64,000 nucleotides of DNA. Source: Centroscyllium fabricii. Lineage: Eukaryota. Made by a program: the position numbers and the translations under genes. The DNA lies in NCBI GenBank assembly GCA_051313645.2, contig JBNRSN020000029.1:21514001-21578000 (forward strand), written 5' to 3'. Position 1 is the stretch's first letter. Each line of letters opens with the position of its first letter. Positions 50,418 through 62,746 of the stretch are shown here, one piece after another. The notes beneath the pieces are model-generated. The model was not told the DNA's origin. It did not search any database and worked only from the letters and a program-made list of their open reading frames with translations.

Positions 50418-51416
50418 CTGTTTACAATATATATTAATGATCTGGATCAGGGAATTGAATGTAATATCTTCAAATTCGCGGACGACACCAAACTAGGAGG
50501 GGGGGCAGGCTCTGAAGAGGGTGTCAGGAAGCTACAGGGCGATTTGGATAAGTTGGGGGACTGGGCAGATAGATGGCAGATGCACTATAATGTGGATAAA
50601 TGTGAGGTTATCCACTTTGGGGGCAAAAACAGGAGGGCAGATTACTACTTAAATGGCAGTAGATTGGGAGATGGGGAGGTGCAGAGAGACCTAGGTGTTC
50701 TTGTACACCAGTCGCTGAAGGCGAGCACGCAGGTGCAGCAGGCGGTTGGGAAGGCAAATGGTATGTTGGCCTTCATATCAAGAGGGTTCGAGTATCGGAA
50801 TAAGGATACATTACTGCAGCTGTACAAGGCACTGGTGAGACCACACCTCGAGTATTGTGTACAGTTCTGGTCGACTCGCCTGAGGAAGGATGTTCTTGCC
50901 ATGGAAGGAGTGCAGCGGCGTTTCACCAGGCTGATTCCTGGAATGGCAGGAATGACCTACGAGGAGAGATTGTGTAGTCTGGGCTTGTACTCGTTGGAGT
51001 TTAGAAGATTGAGAGGCGATCTCATTGAGACGTATAAAATTCTGAAAGGTCTGGACAGGCTAGATTCAGAGAGAATGTTTCCAATGACGGGGGAGTCCAG
51101 AACCAGGGGCCACAGTCTAAGGATAAGGGGTAAACCATTTAGGACAGACATGAGGAAGAATTTCTTCACTCAGAGAGTGGTGGGCCTGTGGAATTCCCTG
51201 CCACAGAGGGCGGTGGAGGCCAGTTCATTAAACATATTCAAGAGGGAATTGGATATATTTCTTCAAGCTAAAGGGATTAAAGGTTATGGAGAAAAGGCGG
51301 GGACGGGGTACTAGCTTGCTAAAGATCAGCCATGATCTCATTGAATGGCGGAGCAGGCTCGAAGGGCTGAATGGCCTACTCCTGCTCCTATCCTAACTTC
51401 TATGATTCTATGATTC
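50418..51416 (+). mobile_element. Young 5'-truncated CR1 LINE; ORF2 C-terminal frame open 50418-51314
   Basis: LFTIYINDLDQG...KFADDTKL...GEKAGTGY* without interruption, (TCTATGAT)n tail, TATAAT on both flanks; absent at the homologous site ~23845. Confidence 0.92.
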
Positions 51417-51931
51417 TATAATGACCGGTACTGCAGGCTATCCAGGCTCCTGATAGTTGCTCTTACCTGTGGGTCCGTAGGAGTACGAACTCTCCTCTGT
51501 GTCGCACAACGGATCCTTGAATTTGCCCTAACTTGGGCTGCTCCCTTCTCCGTCCATCCACTTACCCTGTGCTGGGAAGCGGTTCATTGAATATCATAAG
51601 CTGCTAACGTCGGCCACGTGGTTTTCCCGGCCTGGCAGTAGCTTGTCACCGACATCCCGGCAGTTTTTAGGAGGTAGCACAGCAGGCACAATATTGATTA
51701 TTCACGGACTCTAACATCGGCGGAGCCTGCACACTGCTTCCCGCAAACAAGCGGGCCACTCACTGCCCTGCTCTAGATTGAAAACAAAATCCAAAGAATA
51801 AATTAAGCATAATGAAATATCGTTTCTGCTTCTGCTCTGGCCGAAACATTAATCGATCTGTCGCTTTTGCCTAGCACATTCAGATCTCCAGTCAGAACTA
51901 AAACATGAAATCCTGAGATATGTTCAATGAA

Positions 51932-52334
51932 TCATAGCAACATAGAAGATAGGAGCAGGAGTAGGCCATTCGGCCCTTTGAGCCTGCTCCCCCATTCAAT
52001 GAGATCATGGCTGAACATCCAAACCCAGCACCCTGTCTCTGCCCTGTCCCCATATCCCTCGAGCCCTATCGAACCTGCACCGACACATATCCCACCCGAT
52101 CCCTGTAACCCCACCTATTTAATCCCCCTAACACTAAGGGTCAATGTATCCTGGCCAATCAACCTAACCCGCAAATCTTTGGACTGTGGCAGGAAACCGG
52201 AGCACCCGAGGAAACCCACGCAGACACGGGGAGTATGTGCAAACTCCACACAGATAGTACGCGAGGCTGGATTTGAACCCGGGTTTCTATTGCTGTAAGG
52301 CAACAGTGCTAACCACTATGCCACCGTGCCGCCC
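51932..52334 (-). mobile_element. Full-length HE1-like V-SINE
   Basis: Reverse complement of the 1280-1680 family. Confidence 0.9.
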
Positions 52335-53286
52335 TGGAATCATTTCAATTTTACAAAGGGGGAGGTCGTCAGACTTCACAGTTTATGAGAAATTGTTTTA
52401 ATGTCAATATATATTGGTTCTGTCCAATAAAGGAGGTTGTAATCGTTCTACAATCAGAAACATTATACCCAGCGATAGCTAATCCATGTGTATTAACATT
52501 CTAAATAGACAGACCTGTTCAAAATACAACATGTTACGTTTCTGCTTCGTGAATTTCCAAACAAAGTCGTGGACAAAGACCAATAAAACCCCTTAAAAAT
52601 TGTCTGATGTCTATTTTTACACACAATGACAGTTTAGCACTAGTAACGTCATCACTGCCATGAGAAAAATGCAATTCTCTTAAAGACATTTCACAATCAC
52701 ATATGGCTAAGTGTTTTAGAGTGTTTACTCAAATGACATTCGAATGGTCAAATTGGCCAGCTAACTGTTAATCCCTCTTTTACCTCCGTGCAAGGCCTGT
52801 TAATATTTCAAAAAATCTAACGCTGCTGTTTATCTGTTGGGTGGCTCAGTTGAATATAACTGATTATCTCACTTATTGTGTGGTTTGATATGTTTCTCAT
52901 TCGCACATATAGCATTGATCCCCTTCATAAAATTATATATGGCATACATTAAAGATGATAGAGTGTATTATTGATCAAGCAAAGCTAGTCCATCAAAATA
53001 TGCGCATTTATTCCATCAAATGCCTTGAATGAATCGAGAAATATATATGCTTAGCTTCAGGGGTCTTTTATCATGACTGCAGTAATGGAGATGTCGAAAT
53101 ATTTTGTTTGGGACGTATGGTGCTAATAATATTCTAGCGTCTTTACTCTTTCAAAGGGCCAAATCATTGCAAAATATCACTGAGCAGTAGCAGTGAATGT
53201 GACTCGGCTTAATTTGTTTGTGCAAATGACTGTAACTAATGGGAATTATTGTGTAATGTTGATGCGCCATGAAGATTTCTCTCAGT

Positions 53287-53294
53287 TATAAATA
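53287..53294 (+). promoter_or_regulatory. TATA box of receptor copy B
   Basis: TATAAATA 77 nt upstream of ATG 53364; conserved with copy A. Confidence 0.6.
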
Positions 53295-54357
53295 AGACCT
53301 TAATTTGAAAGCACAGATCTGTCTGTGCATAAAAGTTACATGCAACGACGCTTTTCTCCGAAAATGGGACAGCCGGTGATCATACAGATAGAAAACATTT
53401 TCTATCCTATTCTTGCAACAGTTGGTGTTCCTGGTAAGCTGCTTATAATCAGTTAATACTCGTCTTTAACAGTGCCACTGTTCCCGTTGTCGGTGTAATG
53501 ATATTACATTATTCTTTTGATGTGTTTTTTTAAGAGATTGATTACTGGCATCAAAGAAATGAATCAAATGCCTCCAAGTTTCTGTCATATTGTTAATATA
53601 ACAACCTCAGAGGAAGCACCGTTTACATTGTCTATTTAATTTCAGCAATTTATTGCAGATTTGTTGTCCTTGATATATGTTCTTGGTGTTCTGTGTCTGG
53701 TCTAAGTATTCATATCGAATCGAGTAGCCAAACCATCAATTCTTAAAGGAATTCCAGGAGGCTTCTCAAGAGAAGGCAAAGGTAGGGTTCTGTTACACTT
53801 TTTGGTACCCAGGAGCAAGAGAAGATATTCTCCCCGACCACCAAGTACACCCTGGCTCACTGTTGGCGTATTGTAGCCTCCCTGTGATAGTATCCTGCCC
53901 AGAAACCTAACCGGCTGTCAGGTCGGCATCGGACCCAACTGATTCCCCACCTGGTACATTAATGACCGGCTGAGGAGCACTTCTCGAGTTGCAGAGGCCA
54001 GGAGATGCCAGCAAGGCAAGGAGCAGAACATCAACTGGCAAATCTTATGATCAAAATCCATTTTTGTTGCACCTCGAATTTCCGTTGTATTTGTACCATA
54101 AATATAGGCTATGGTGCAAATGTTGGTCTTTACCACCTGGTGATTTTCCGTCAACTTGGTGAAGCGCAGAGTAGTGCGGGCGAAGTTATTGGAAATGCAA
54201 TTTGGGCAATATGGACCGCCAATTCGCTATCGCCAGTTTACGCCGCTGCCCGAGGTCAAATTCATGCCCCGGTCGCTAGTTTTCCGAGTTGGGACTGGCA
54301 CATTGAATTTTATCATTGCTACTGACTATGGAAAGCCTTAAGCACAGTGTCCACATT

Positions 54358-56113
54358 GGCCCATATATTCCGATCCCTACGGGTGGGTAGGAGCTGTGTA
54401 CCCACCCGTAAGGACATCAGAAATGCGGGTACATGCAGGCAGAGCACATGGGCTTAAAACCAGCATTTACGATCTGTCAATAACCCTCTGGACAGATCAT
54501 AACCAAGATAATAGTTGAAAACAATAATACTTTTTTCTTCACTGCTATATAATTTAAAAATACTTTAAAAAAAAGTGTGTACGCGCTGTTTAGACATCCG
54601 TAGGGAGATCGGAAATGATGGTTTCAGGCATGCAGAGCACGTGCACTGAAAACGACCTCTCCGATCTGTCAAGAACACTGGGGAAGGGCCACTGTGGGTA
54701 GATAGTTCCGCATTGTGGAGACGCTCCACCCGCAGAAAAACTTTAGAATTATATTGCCTGGTAAATGCAGGTGTAAAGCGAGCTTTTAACAGGATAAGAG
54801 TTGAGTAAAGTAAAATAAACATTTCCACACATTTATCATTTAAAAGTACTTTTAAAAAGTTAAGTTGTATTTTAGACCTGTAAAATAAATTAATTATTTT
54901 TTTCAAAAATATATACTTTTGTTTAAAATAATTAATTTGTTTTAATTTCAACTGATTGAAAAGCTGATTTTTTACAAAATTGACTTAATGGTTTAATATG
55001 TTTTTGGCCTGATCGCCATTCACATATTTCTCAGGTCTACCTGTCAAATGTATGCAGGGAGATTCCCTTCTTTGATTGGCTCCTCATTGCCCACGTGATC
55101 CCAAGGACGAGTGGAAAACTCATGCGGCTGTGGGATACGTCAACCCTGCGCACTTGGAGTTGGAGAGGCCCCGCCCTGACGCTATACGCACTTTCAGAGC
55201 CCTCAGTTAAGTGCGTCGCTGTTTTCCTGATCGGCTGCAACAGCACGCGGGAAGCTTGGGATTTGAAAATACGGAGACATCTTGTTTTGCTGGTCACTTG
55301 CTAAGGAAAGGCACGGGGTAGACAGCAGGTAGGAATTCTCATCTGCTTCCCAGAAGACCACAGGTTAGAATATTGCAGTCAGATTCCTGTGAGCAATCGA
55401 ACGTTTGGCATTAATCGGGTTCTCCCTCCCGATAGTGGGCTGTATATTCCGTTGCCTGCGGGTGTGTCCGCGCTGTGTAAACACCCGTAGGGATATCGGA
55501 ATTGCCGGTTTCAGGAATGCGAGGCGCATGCGCTGAAAACCGGCGTTTCAGTTCTGTCAAGAATGCTCTTCACAGAGATGCCGCCTGCCCGAGAGAAGGG
55601 ACTTTGTGGGCGGGTAGTTCCACATTCTGGAGAACCTCCGCCCGCAGAAAACCCTTAGTAACCTGACATCGGGTTAAAGGTTTTTACATTAACATTGCTT
55701 TTAAAAAGGTAAATTTATTTTCAGACCCAATAAAAAATGTAATTATATTTTTCAAAATTATTTTTTTGTATAAAATTTATTGTAATTTCAACTGATTTTA
55801 AATAAGTGATTTAATTTTTAAAAATATTTTAAAGTGGTTTTGCGGTGATCGCCATTCATATATTTGACAGGTCTACCTGTCAAGTGTATGAGGGAGTTTC
55901 CCTTCTCCTATTGGCTCCCCATGGCCCACATGATCCCCGGGACGCTTGAGAAATGTATACGGCTGTGGGAAATGTCGGCCTTTCACATTTCTAGTTTGGG
56001 GAGGCCCAGGATTTTAAGTTTAATCACTTCTGGAGCCCAGATGTAAGTTGGTAGATTTTTTCCAGATCGGAGGCCTACGCACGCAGGAAGCATCCCATCG
56101 GATAATACGGGCC
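54358..56113. mobile_element. Cluster of related degenerate MITE-like repeats (~54358-55265 and 55437-56113)
   Basis: Shared 5' ends GG(C/G)C..TATATTCCG, hairpin tacgggtgggta...tacccacccgta, AT-rich cores and shared gatcgccattca...caggtctacctgtcaa. Related pieces at ~27640-27975 and ~12300-12942. Confidence 0.55.
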
Positions 56114-56116
56114 ATT

Positions 56117-57156
56117 GGGCCCTGTCTTCCTGTGGCCCGATTGCTGCGGGTGCGTGCAGATTTGCATCCGTACGAGATTTTTTTTTTATCTGCTGGACTT
56201 CCTGTGTGAAATGTCGATTTTTTTTCGTGGGGGGGGTCTGTTTTTTTTTCCTGTGTTGTGCTTTGTGCGTTGGTCGGGTGCTGGACACACCCCCTGAGGT
56301 CGGCTTTTTGAGACCACGCCCCCACAGAACGCACAGATCAAGTGTTCAACTAAAGAAAAGATCAGGTTAGGAACAACTTTTTCTTTGTTTTTTTTTTAAT
56401 TTGTAGGAAGCTGGTCTTACAGCTTGTAAATCTGATGGTTTATATATTTTTTGGTGATAGTTAAAAAAATTGGGAATTTGAACCTTCACATTTACAAGCT
56501 GTAAGACCACAAACATGGTCTTACAACTTGTAAATATTAAGCTTTATATATTTTTTGCTGATAGTTCAAAAAATCGGCGATTTCAACGCGATGCCAGCAG
56601 CTGAGAGCTGAGTGGCTGAGATATCATTGAAATCGCCGATTTTTTGAACTATCAGCAAAAAATATATAAAGCTTAACATTTGCAAGTTGTAAATGTGAAG
56701 CTTTAGATATTTTTTGGTGATAGTGAAACAAATCGGGGATTTCAACGCTGAGATCGCGTTCAAATTCCCGATTTTTTTAACTATCACCAAAATATATATA
56801 AACCTTCACATTTACAAGCTGTAAGACCACAAACAAATATCTCCAAAGGAAATTTTTTTTTTTTTTACTTTAAACCTGTTTTTTTCACTTTTCAAACCTG
56901 CCTGCACCCTGTTAAGACAGCTTTTTACATGGGCAGAAAAATGGAGGCTTCCCCACGTTGTACACCTGTATATTGAGCAGCTGACTACAGTAAGTCTGCA
57001 GCTCAAAGTGCTTCCTGGGGAGGAAGCTGAAGCCCCTTGCCCATCAGCACAGGAAGTTCACGTTTCTGGTAATCACCTGAGCTGCCTCCCCACAAAGCAT
57101 TTCTGACCCCCCTTCGTGGGGAGGCAGCTCTTCTGGAGCACAGGAAGACAGGGCCC
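56117..57156. mobile_element. MITE (PIF/Harbinger-superfamily-like) with a rearranged internal fold-back region
   Basis: Perfect 18-bp TIR GGGCCCTGTCTTCCTGTG and 3-bp TSD ATT (56114-56116 / 57157-57159); same family as 28390-29265. Confidence 0.85.
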
Positions 57157-58313
57157 ATTATCTTTTAATGGATCAGGAAGGCCGGTTTGCACCAAGAAAG
57201 ACAGTTGGAAGCTACCCAAAAATGTGTGTGGATGCAGAGGGTTAAGCTCCACTTTTGTTTTTTTTTGCATCGAGACGGGAATTCCATTCTGTTGAAGAGA
57301 ACAGTAATGCAAATTCGATGGATTCACTGCGGCCGCCAGTCGGTAAAACTTACTTTTGGTCCGGCATACATTCGAGGTTCTTTTTCTTTTGAATTAACTG
57401 AGAATAGGTTAGCGACGAGTAATTATTAAATATGTATCTTTTCAGAATTACTAGGATATTCCACGTCATTGGGAGAAACATCGAGAGAGATCTGAGCGAA
57501 CAGAACACTTTCCAAGTATCTCACACCAAGAACTGTTGACTGATCATCCTCTCAGTGTAAGGAGAGATAGTAATTTAATTCCACTTTTTTGCAGCTAATT
57601 TTTTGGCAATCGTCATTCTCTCTGGTGGAAAGTGCGGTCTCTCCAAATGCATCACCCGCTACCTGGTGGCTATGACAGCGGCTGACCTAATGGTCCTGAT
57701 ATTTGAAGTAATTCTGCATCAGATTAACGATGCGCATTTTCCATATTCATTCCTGAATTATACTCCGATTTGCAGTCTCAATATCGCCTTGCTGTATGTT
57801 TTCATTGATTGCTCTGTCTGGCTAACTGTGGCTTTCACCTTTGATCGATTTGTTGCTATTTGTTACCAAACGTTGCGAACAAAATATTGCACCGATAAAA
57901 CGGCGGCTGTGGTGATAGCAGTCGTGTGTTTCTTAAGTTTTTTAGAAAATGTTCCAATCTACTTTGCATTTGAACCTCGGGAAATAATTAACAAAGCACC
58001 ATGGTTCTGCTATGTAAAATCAAGCTTTTACAACGTGCCCATATGGGTTGCATTTTTGTGGTTGGAAACCATTTTAACCCCATTTGCGCCATTTGCATTG
58101 ATCGTGCAGCTCAATGCCCTGATCATCAGGCACATTGTACGAGCCAATAGAATGAGGAGCGGTCTCCGAGGCAACAAAAATGTTCAGAGTCACACTGATC
58201 CAGAGATGGTGAAGTGAAGGAAATCAATCATTTTACTGCTCGCTATATCTGGCAATTTTATACTATTATAGATGGTAAATTTGATAGTTTACATATATGT
58301 GCAATTTACAGAT

Positions 58314-58557
58314 TGTGGAGCTGCAGGTATCCAAAAACCACACAGAGTCAGAGCTAAGGAAAAACACCTTTACTCAACAGTTATAAACATGGAAGAGGCA
58401 GAACCACGAGGTACAAACATATTTAAACAGTCCCGCCGTTGGTGACGTCATCACGTCCGCCGACGTGATGACGTAATCGCACTTCGCGGATGAGCGGGCT
58501 GCGCTCCGCGGAACCCCGTTGGCGGATTCGATCTCCCAGCGGGTGTGCCGCTACACA
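58314..58557 (-). repeat. 3' LTR (~242-244 bp)
   Basis: TGTGGAGC...GCTACACA imperfect terminal inverted repeat; 4 substitutions and 1 indel versus 62521-62746 by my count. Confidence 0.9.
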
Positions 58558-58598
58558 GCTCCCCCCAGAATCCGTCCGGGAGAAATAGATTAACGTGT

Positions 58599-61500
58599 CT
58601 ATGTGTGCCGTTGGGGCGGTCGGATGATGCGGCTGGACCGTGTTGCTAGCTGTTGCTGGTTCTGCGTTGGAGTGTGGGCGGGTTTTGGTGCGGGAGGGCG
58701 ACCGCGTTGTGGTGGTTGTGCGGGGACCGTAGTCTCGCCCGCTGTCACGTGTGCCGGCTTGAGCCGGTCTATTGTTACTGTTTCAGTCCTTTTGCCCATT
58801 TGTAATTCAAAAGTCTTGTTTCCCGCCCGAAGCACCCTATAAGGGCCATCGTAAGGTGGCTGTAGGGGGGCTCGGTGCCCGTCTCGTTGGATGAACACCC
58901 ATTTGGCGTTTTTGATGTCGTCTGGCACCCGAGCTGCCGGCTCTCCAAGCCGGGACACTGGTAATGGCTGAAAAGCTCGTGCCGGGTTTGCCCAGTCCTT
59001 TAAATACTGGTCTGCTGACCAGGGGGTGTTGGCCTCAGCCAAAAATTCACCCGGTACCGTTAAAGCCTGGCCGTAGACGAGCTCTGCTGCTGAGGCATTG
59101 AGGTCCTCTTTAACTGCCGACCGCAGCCCGAGGAGAACCCATGGAAGGCGATCGGTCCATGAAGCATCTTTCATTGTGGCCCACAGCGATGCCTTCATTG
59201 AGCGGTGGAACCGTTCGCATAGGCCGTTCGCCTGTGGATGGTACGCGGTGGTCCTGTGTAGTGTCACCCCAAGGTCGCGGGCGATGGCCGCCCATAATGT
59301 CGACGTGAACTGGGGACCTCTGTCGGAGGTGATGTCCGTGGGCACGCCGAATCGGGCGACCCATGTGGCGATGAACGCCCTGGCCAGGTCCGTGGTGTTT
59401 GTGGCAGTAAGGGGCACTGCTTCAGGCCAGCGAGTGTTGCGGTCGACCATGGTCAGTAGGTGCGTGTGTCCGCGGGATGGTGGTAGTGGCCCAACGAGGT
59501 CGATATGGACGTGGTCAAAGAGTCTGGCCGGTACCTTAAAATTTTCCAGCGGTGCCCTAATGTGCTTGTGCACTTTGGAGCGCTGGCAGGCTATGCAGGA
59601 GGTGGCCCAGGCGCGGACGTCTTTGCGCAGGCCGCGCCATACAAACCGGGCCGATATAAGTTTAGTGGACGCGCGGACGCCGGGGTGGGACAGGTCGTGG
59701 AGGGTCGTAAAGATTCGTTCCCTCCAAGCGGGGGGCACGACGGGCCTGGGTTGCGATAACGAAATGTCGCAGCAAACGACGGTGGCAGCGGGGCCGTGCG
59801 GGATCTTGGCCAAGCGTAGGCCGGGAAGTTTGGTGGCGGCGTTGAGTAGGTCGGGGTCGGTCAGCTGCTCCGCGGCCAGCTGGGCATAATCAACTGCCAT
59901 TTGGGCGGCGTTGATAGTGGGGCGTGAAAGGCAGTCAGCGACCACGTTGTCGCGGCCGGAAATATGCTGAATGTCGGTTGTAAATTCCGACACGGCCGTG
60001 ATTTGGCGCTGCTGCCTGGCCGACCAGGGTTCAGCGGCCTTAGCCATCGCAAACGTGAGTGGCTTGTGGTCGGTGAAGACTGTAAAGTGTCGGCCCTCCA
60101 GGAGGAAACGAAAGTGTCGCACCGCCAGATGGAGAGCTAGTAGCTCCCTATCGAAGGCGCTGTATTTTACCTCTGGGGGCCGGAGTTGCCAGCTGAAAAA
60201 GGCCAGGGGTTGCCATGCGTTGCCAGTGCACTGCTCAAAAACGGCCCCGACGGCGTAGTCGGAGGCGTCGGTGGTGAGGGCTACTCTGGCGTTGGGCCTA
60301 GGGTGGGCTAGGAGGGTGGCGTTTGCCAGGGCGATTTTGGTTGCGGTAAATGCGGTGGCGGCTTCGGCCGTCCACTCGACTGAAGCCTTGTTGGACTGCC
60401 CGCGGGTGGCCTGGTATAAGGGGGCCATGAGAGCGGCTGCTCCCGGGATGAAGCGATTATAAAAATTGACCATGCCTAAAAATTCCTGCAGCCCCTTAAT
60501 AGAGTGCGGGCGGGGAAATTCCTGTACCGCCTGTGCCTTAGAGGGTAGGGGTATGGCCCCTGCTTGGGAAATACGGTGGCCGAGGAAGTCGATAGTCTCT
60601 AGGCCAAATTTACACTTGATGGGGCTAAGGATAAGGCCGTGTTCGGTGAGGCGCTGGAACAGGGTCCTGAGGTACAGGAGGTGTTCCTGAGGGGAGGAGC
60701 TGGCCACGAGGATGTCATCTAAATAAACAAAGATGAACATCAAGTCCCGTAGGACTGAGTCCATGAGGCGCTGGAAGGCCTGGGCCGCATTTTTAAGGCC
60801 GAAGGGCATCCTCATGAATTCGAAGAGCCCGAAGGGGGTAATCACGGCCGTTTTGGGAATGTCCGCCGAGTGTACGGGCACCTGGTGGTAGCCACGCACC
60901 AGGTCGATCTTAGAAAATATCGTACGCCCTGCCAATCTGGCTGAAAAATCCTGGATGTGGGGTACGGGGTACCTATCCGGGGTGGTGGCGTTGTTGAGGC
61001 GGCGATAGTCGCCGCAGGGGCGCCAACCTCCGTCGGGCTTGGGGGCTATGTGGAGCGGGGAGGACCAGGGGCTGCTGGAGTGGCGAATTATACCGAGTTG
61101 TTCCATAGTGCGGAACTCGGTGATTGCGATCTCCAGCTTGGCTGGGTCGAGCCTACAGGCGTGTGCATGGACTGGAGGACCTGTGGTAGTTATGTAGTGT
61201 TCCACCCCGTGTTTGGCCTTGCGGGCGGTGAACGTGGGGTTGGTAAGGGCGGGAAATTCCGCCAGGAGCGTGCCGTAGGCATCGCGGTCCTTGGAGCGGC
61301 ATTGGGCTGCCGCGTGGGCTAGGAGTGCGGGCCCTGTGGAACATGGGATGGTCGTCATGGTGTTTAAGTTCACCAAGCGGCGCCGAGTTACATTGACCAG
61401 TAGGCCGTTAGCGCAGAGGAAGTCTGCCCCGAGGAGGGGAGAGGTGACCTGGGCCGTTACAAACTCCCAGGTGAACGTGTGGCTTGCCAGGGTAATGGTA

Positions 61501-62426
61501 AGCTCGCGGGTGCCGTACGTTTTAATGCTAGACCCGTTGGCTGCCGCTAGTGGCGGGCCCCGGGTGCCCCGTTTGGTTTCTGCGGGGGAGGCTGGCACGA
61601 TGCTGTGCTGCGCGCCTGTGTCGCAGAGGAACCTGAGGCCTGTACCGCTGTCTGTGGCGAAGAGCAGTGCTCCTGTGTGGCCTACAGACATGGTGGAGGC
61701 TGAGTTGGGTCTGGGCTTAAAAGTGCATGGCTGTACGCAGCGGTGTGCTTTGTGCTCGAACCGCGTGTGATAGTAGCACCAGCCGGTGCTAGAGGGACGC
61801 GGTTGTCTAGGCGGGTGCGGGGCCTTAGGTTCGGGCGTAAAATTGTGCCTGGGTGGTGAATAGTTGCGCTCTACCGATGCCGAGTTAGGGGCGCACGTGG
61901 TGGAGCTGGTGCGCTGTGCTGCCATCAGCCTGTCGGCTTCCTCGCCGAGTTCATCGTCGCTACGATGGGCTAGGGCCGCCAAAGCCGGTCTGATGGCGCG
62001 GGGCAATTTGAGGAGGAAGACGGTGCGGAATAGGATGGCAGGATTGGGAGTGAGCGCCTGCATCTGACCTAGGAGGTCCGATGGGTCGGTGTCCCCGAGT
62101 TCGGGGAGGTCGAGGAGGTGGCAGTTGCGCTCAAACTGGGAAGGGGTAAACTTTTTAATTAGCGCGGCCTTAAGCGTTTCATACCTGCCTACAGAGGGCA
62201 CGCGCTGGATCGTTGACCACATCCTATCGGCGGTCGTTTGCGGCAGGGCTGTGAACACCAAGTCGTAGCGGTCGTCCCCGTTGATGCCATTTGAACGGCA
62301 GCTGGCTTCTATGCAGCTGAACCAGGCCGCTGGCCGTTGCTCCCAGAACTCGGGCAAAACAAGTCCGCGCCCGGTGCTCCGTCCAGCTCCCTGTGATCGT
62401 GGAGCTTGGTTCCTTGTGTTGGACAT
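58599..62426 (-). CDS. Gag-Pol polyprotein, 1275 aa, uninterrupted
   Basis: Gag [13 protein letters not shown] and CHCC-type motif [18 protein letters not shown]. Protease [16 protein letters not shown]...YLDD. RNase H TDASD. Integrase HDLSH...CIAC, HIDLVG, SDRG, CERFHR, and GPY module YDGPY. Confidence 0.95.
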   Translation of the reverse strand: MSNTRNQAPRSQGAGRSTGRGLVLPEFWEQRPAAWFSCIEASCRSNGINGDDRYDLVFTALPQTTADRMWSTIQRVPSVGRYETLKAALIKKFTPSQFERNCHLLDLPELGDTDPSDLLGQMQALTPNPAILFRTVFLLKLPRAIRPALAALAHRSDDELGEEADRLMAAQRTSSTTCAPNSASVERNYSPPRHNFTPEPKAPHPPRQPRPSSTGWCYYHTRFEHKAHRCVQPCTFKPRPNSASTMSVGHTGALLFATDSGTGLRFLCDTGAQHSIVPASPAETKRGTRGPPLAAANGSSIKTYGTRELTITLASHTFTWEFVTAQVTSPLLGADFLCANGLLVNVTRRRLVNLNTMTTIPCSTGPALLAHAAAQCRSKDRDAYGTLLAEFPALTNPTFTARKAKHGVEHYITTTGPPVHAHACRLDPAKLEIAITEFRTMEQLGIIRHSSSPWSSPLHIAPKPDGGWRPCGDYRRLNNATTPDRYPVPHIQDFSARLAGRTIFSKIDLVRGYHQVPVHSADIPKTAVITPFGLFEFMRMPFGLKNAAQAFQRLMDSVLRDLMFIFVYLDDILVASSSPQEHLLYLRTLFQRLTEHGLILSPIKCKFGLETIDFLGHRISQAGAIPLPSKAQAVQEFPRPHSIKGLQEFLGMVNFYNRFIPGAAALMAPLYQATRGQSNKASVEWTAEAATAFTATKIALANATLLAHPRPNARVALTTDASDYAVGAVFEQCTGNAWQPLAFFSWQLRPPEVKYSAFDRELLALHLAVRHFRFLLEGRHFTVFTDHKPLTFAMAKAAEPWSARQQRQITAVSEFTTDIQHISGRDNVVADCLSRPTINAAQMAVDYAQLAAEQLTDPDLLNAATKLPGLRLAKIPHGPAATVVCCDISLSQPRPVVPPAWRERIFTTLHDLSHPGVRASTKLISARFVWRGLRKDVRAWATSCIACQRSKVHKHIRAPLENFKVPARLFDHVHIDLVGPLPPSRGHTHLLTMVDRNTRWPEAVPLTATNTTDLARAFIATWVARFGVPTDITSDRGPQFTSTLWAAIARDLGVTLHRTTAYHPQANGLCERFHRSMKASLWATMKDASWTDRLPWVLLGLRSAVKEDLNASAAELVYGQALTVPGEFLAEANTPWSADQYLKDWANPARAFQPLPVSRLGEPAARVPDDIKNAKWVFIQRDGHRAPLQPPYDGPYRVLRAGNKTFELQMGKRTETVTIDRLKPAHVTAGETTVPAQPPQRGRPPAPKPAHTPTQNQQQLATRSSRIIRPPQRHT

Positions 62427-62504
62427 ATTTTTTTTTTTTAAAGTCCTTGGCTGGGGTTCTTAAATACTGCAGCAGCTTTTTTCTTCACTGGAATTCGTTC
62501 CAGT

Positions 62505-62519
62505 CGTCGAGGGTCACCA
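62505..62519 (-). promoter_or_regulatory. Primer binding site, tRNA-Trp type
   Basis: Minus strand TGGTGACCCTCGACG starts 1 nt inside the 5' LTR. The complement of the tRNA-Trp 3' end is TGGTGACCCCGACG, so this has one extra T. Confidence 0.8.
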
Positions 62520-62520
62520 C

Positions 62521-62746
62521 TGTGGAGCTGCAGGTATCCAAAAACTACACAGAGTCAGAGCTAAGGAAAAAACACCTTTACTCAACAGTTATAAACATGG
62601 AAGAGGCAGAACCACGAGGTACAAACATATTTAAACAGTCCCGCCGTTGGTGACGTCATCACGTCCGCCGACGTGATGACGTAATCGCACTTCGCGGATG
62701 AGCGGGCTGTGCTCCGTGGAGCCCCGTTGGCGGATTCGATCTCCCA
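62521..62746 (-). repeat. 5' LTR, outer ~17-19 bp missing
   Basis: Matches 58314-58538, then reverts to receptor sequence (aagcaaattataacgactctttc). Confidence 0.9.

Larger units (their letters stand above)
58314..62746 (-). mobile_element. Ty3/Gypsy LTR retrotransposon, CsRn1-like, inserted antisense in receptor B exon 2
   Basis: LTRs at 58314-~58557 and 62521-62746 (outer end deleted), tRNA-Trp-type PBS, G-rich PPT at ~58558-58568, single gag-pol ORF. Confidence 0.93.

Noticed and set aside
59098-59889. 263-aa plus-strand ORF and other ORFs antisense to gag-pol
   Set aside because: Expected shadow ORFs of a GC-rich coding strand, with no recognisable motifs.
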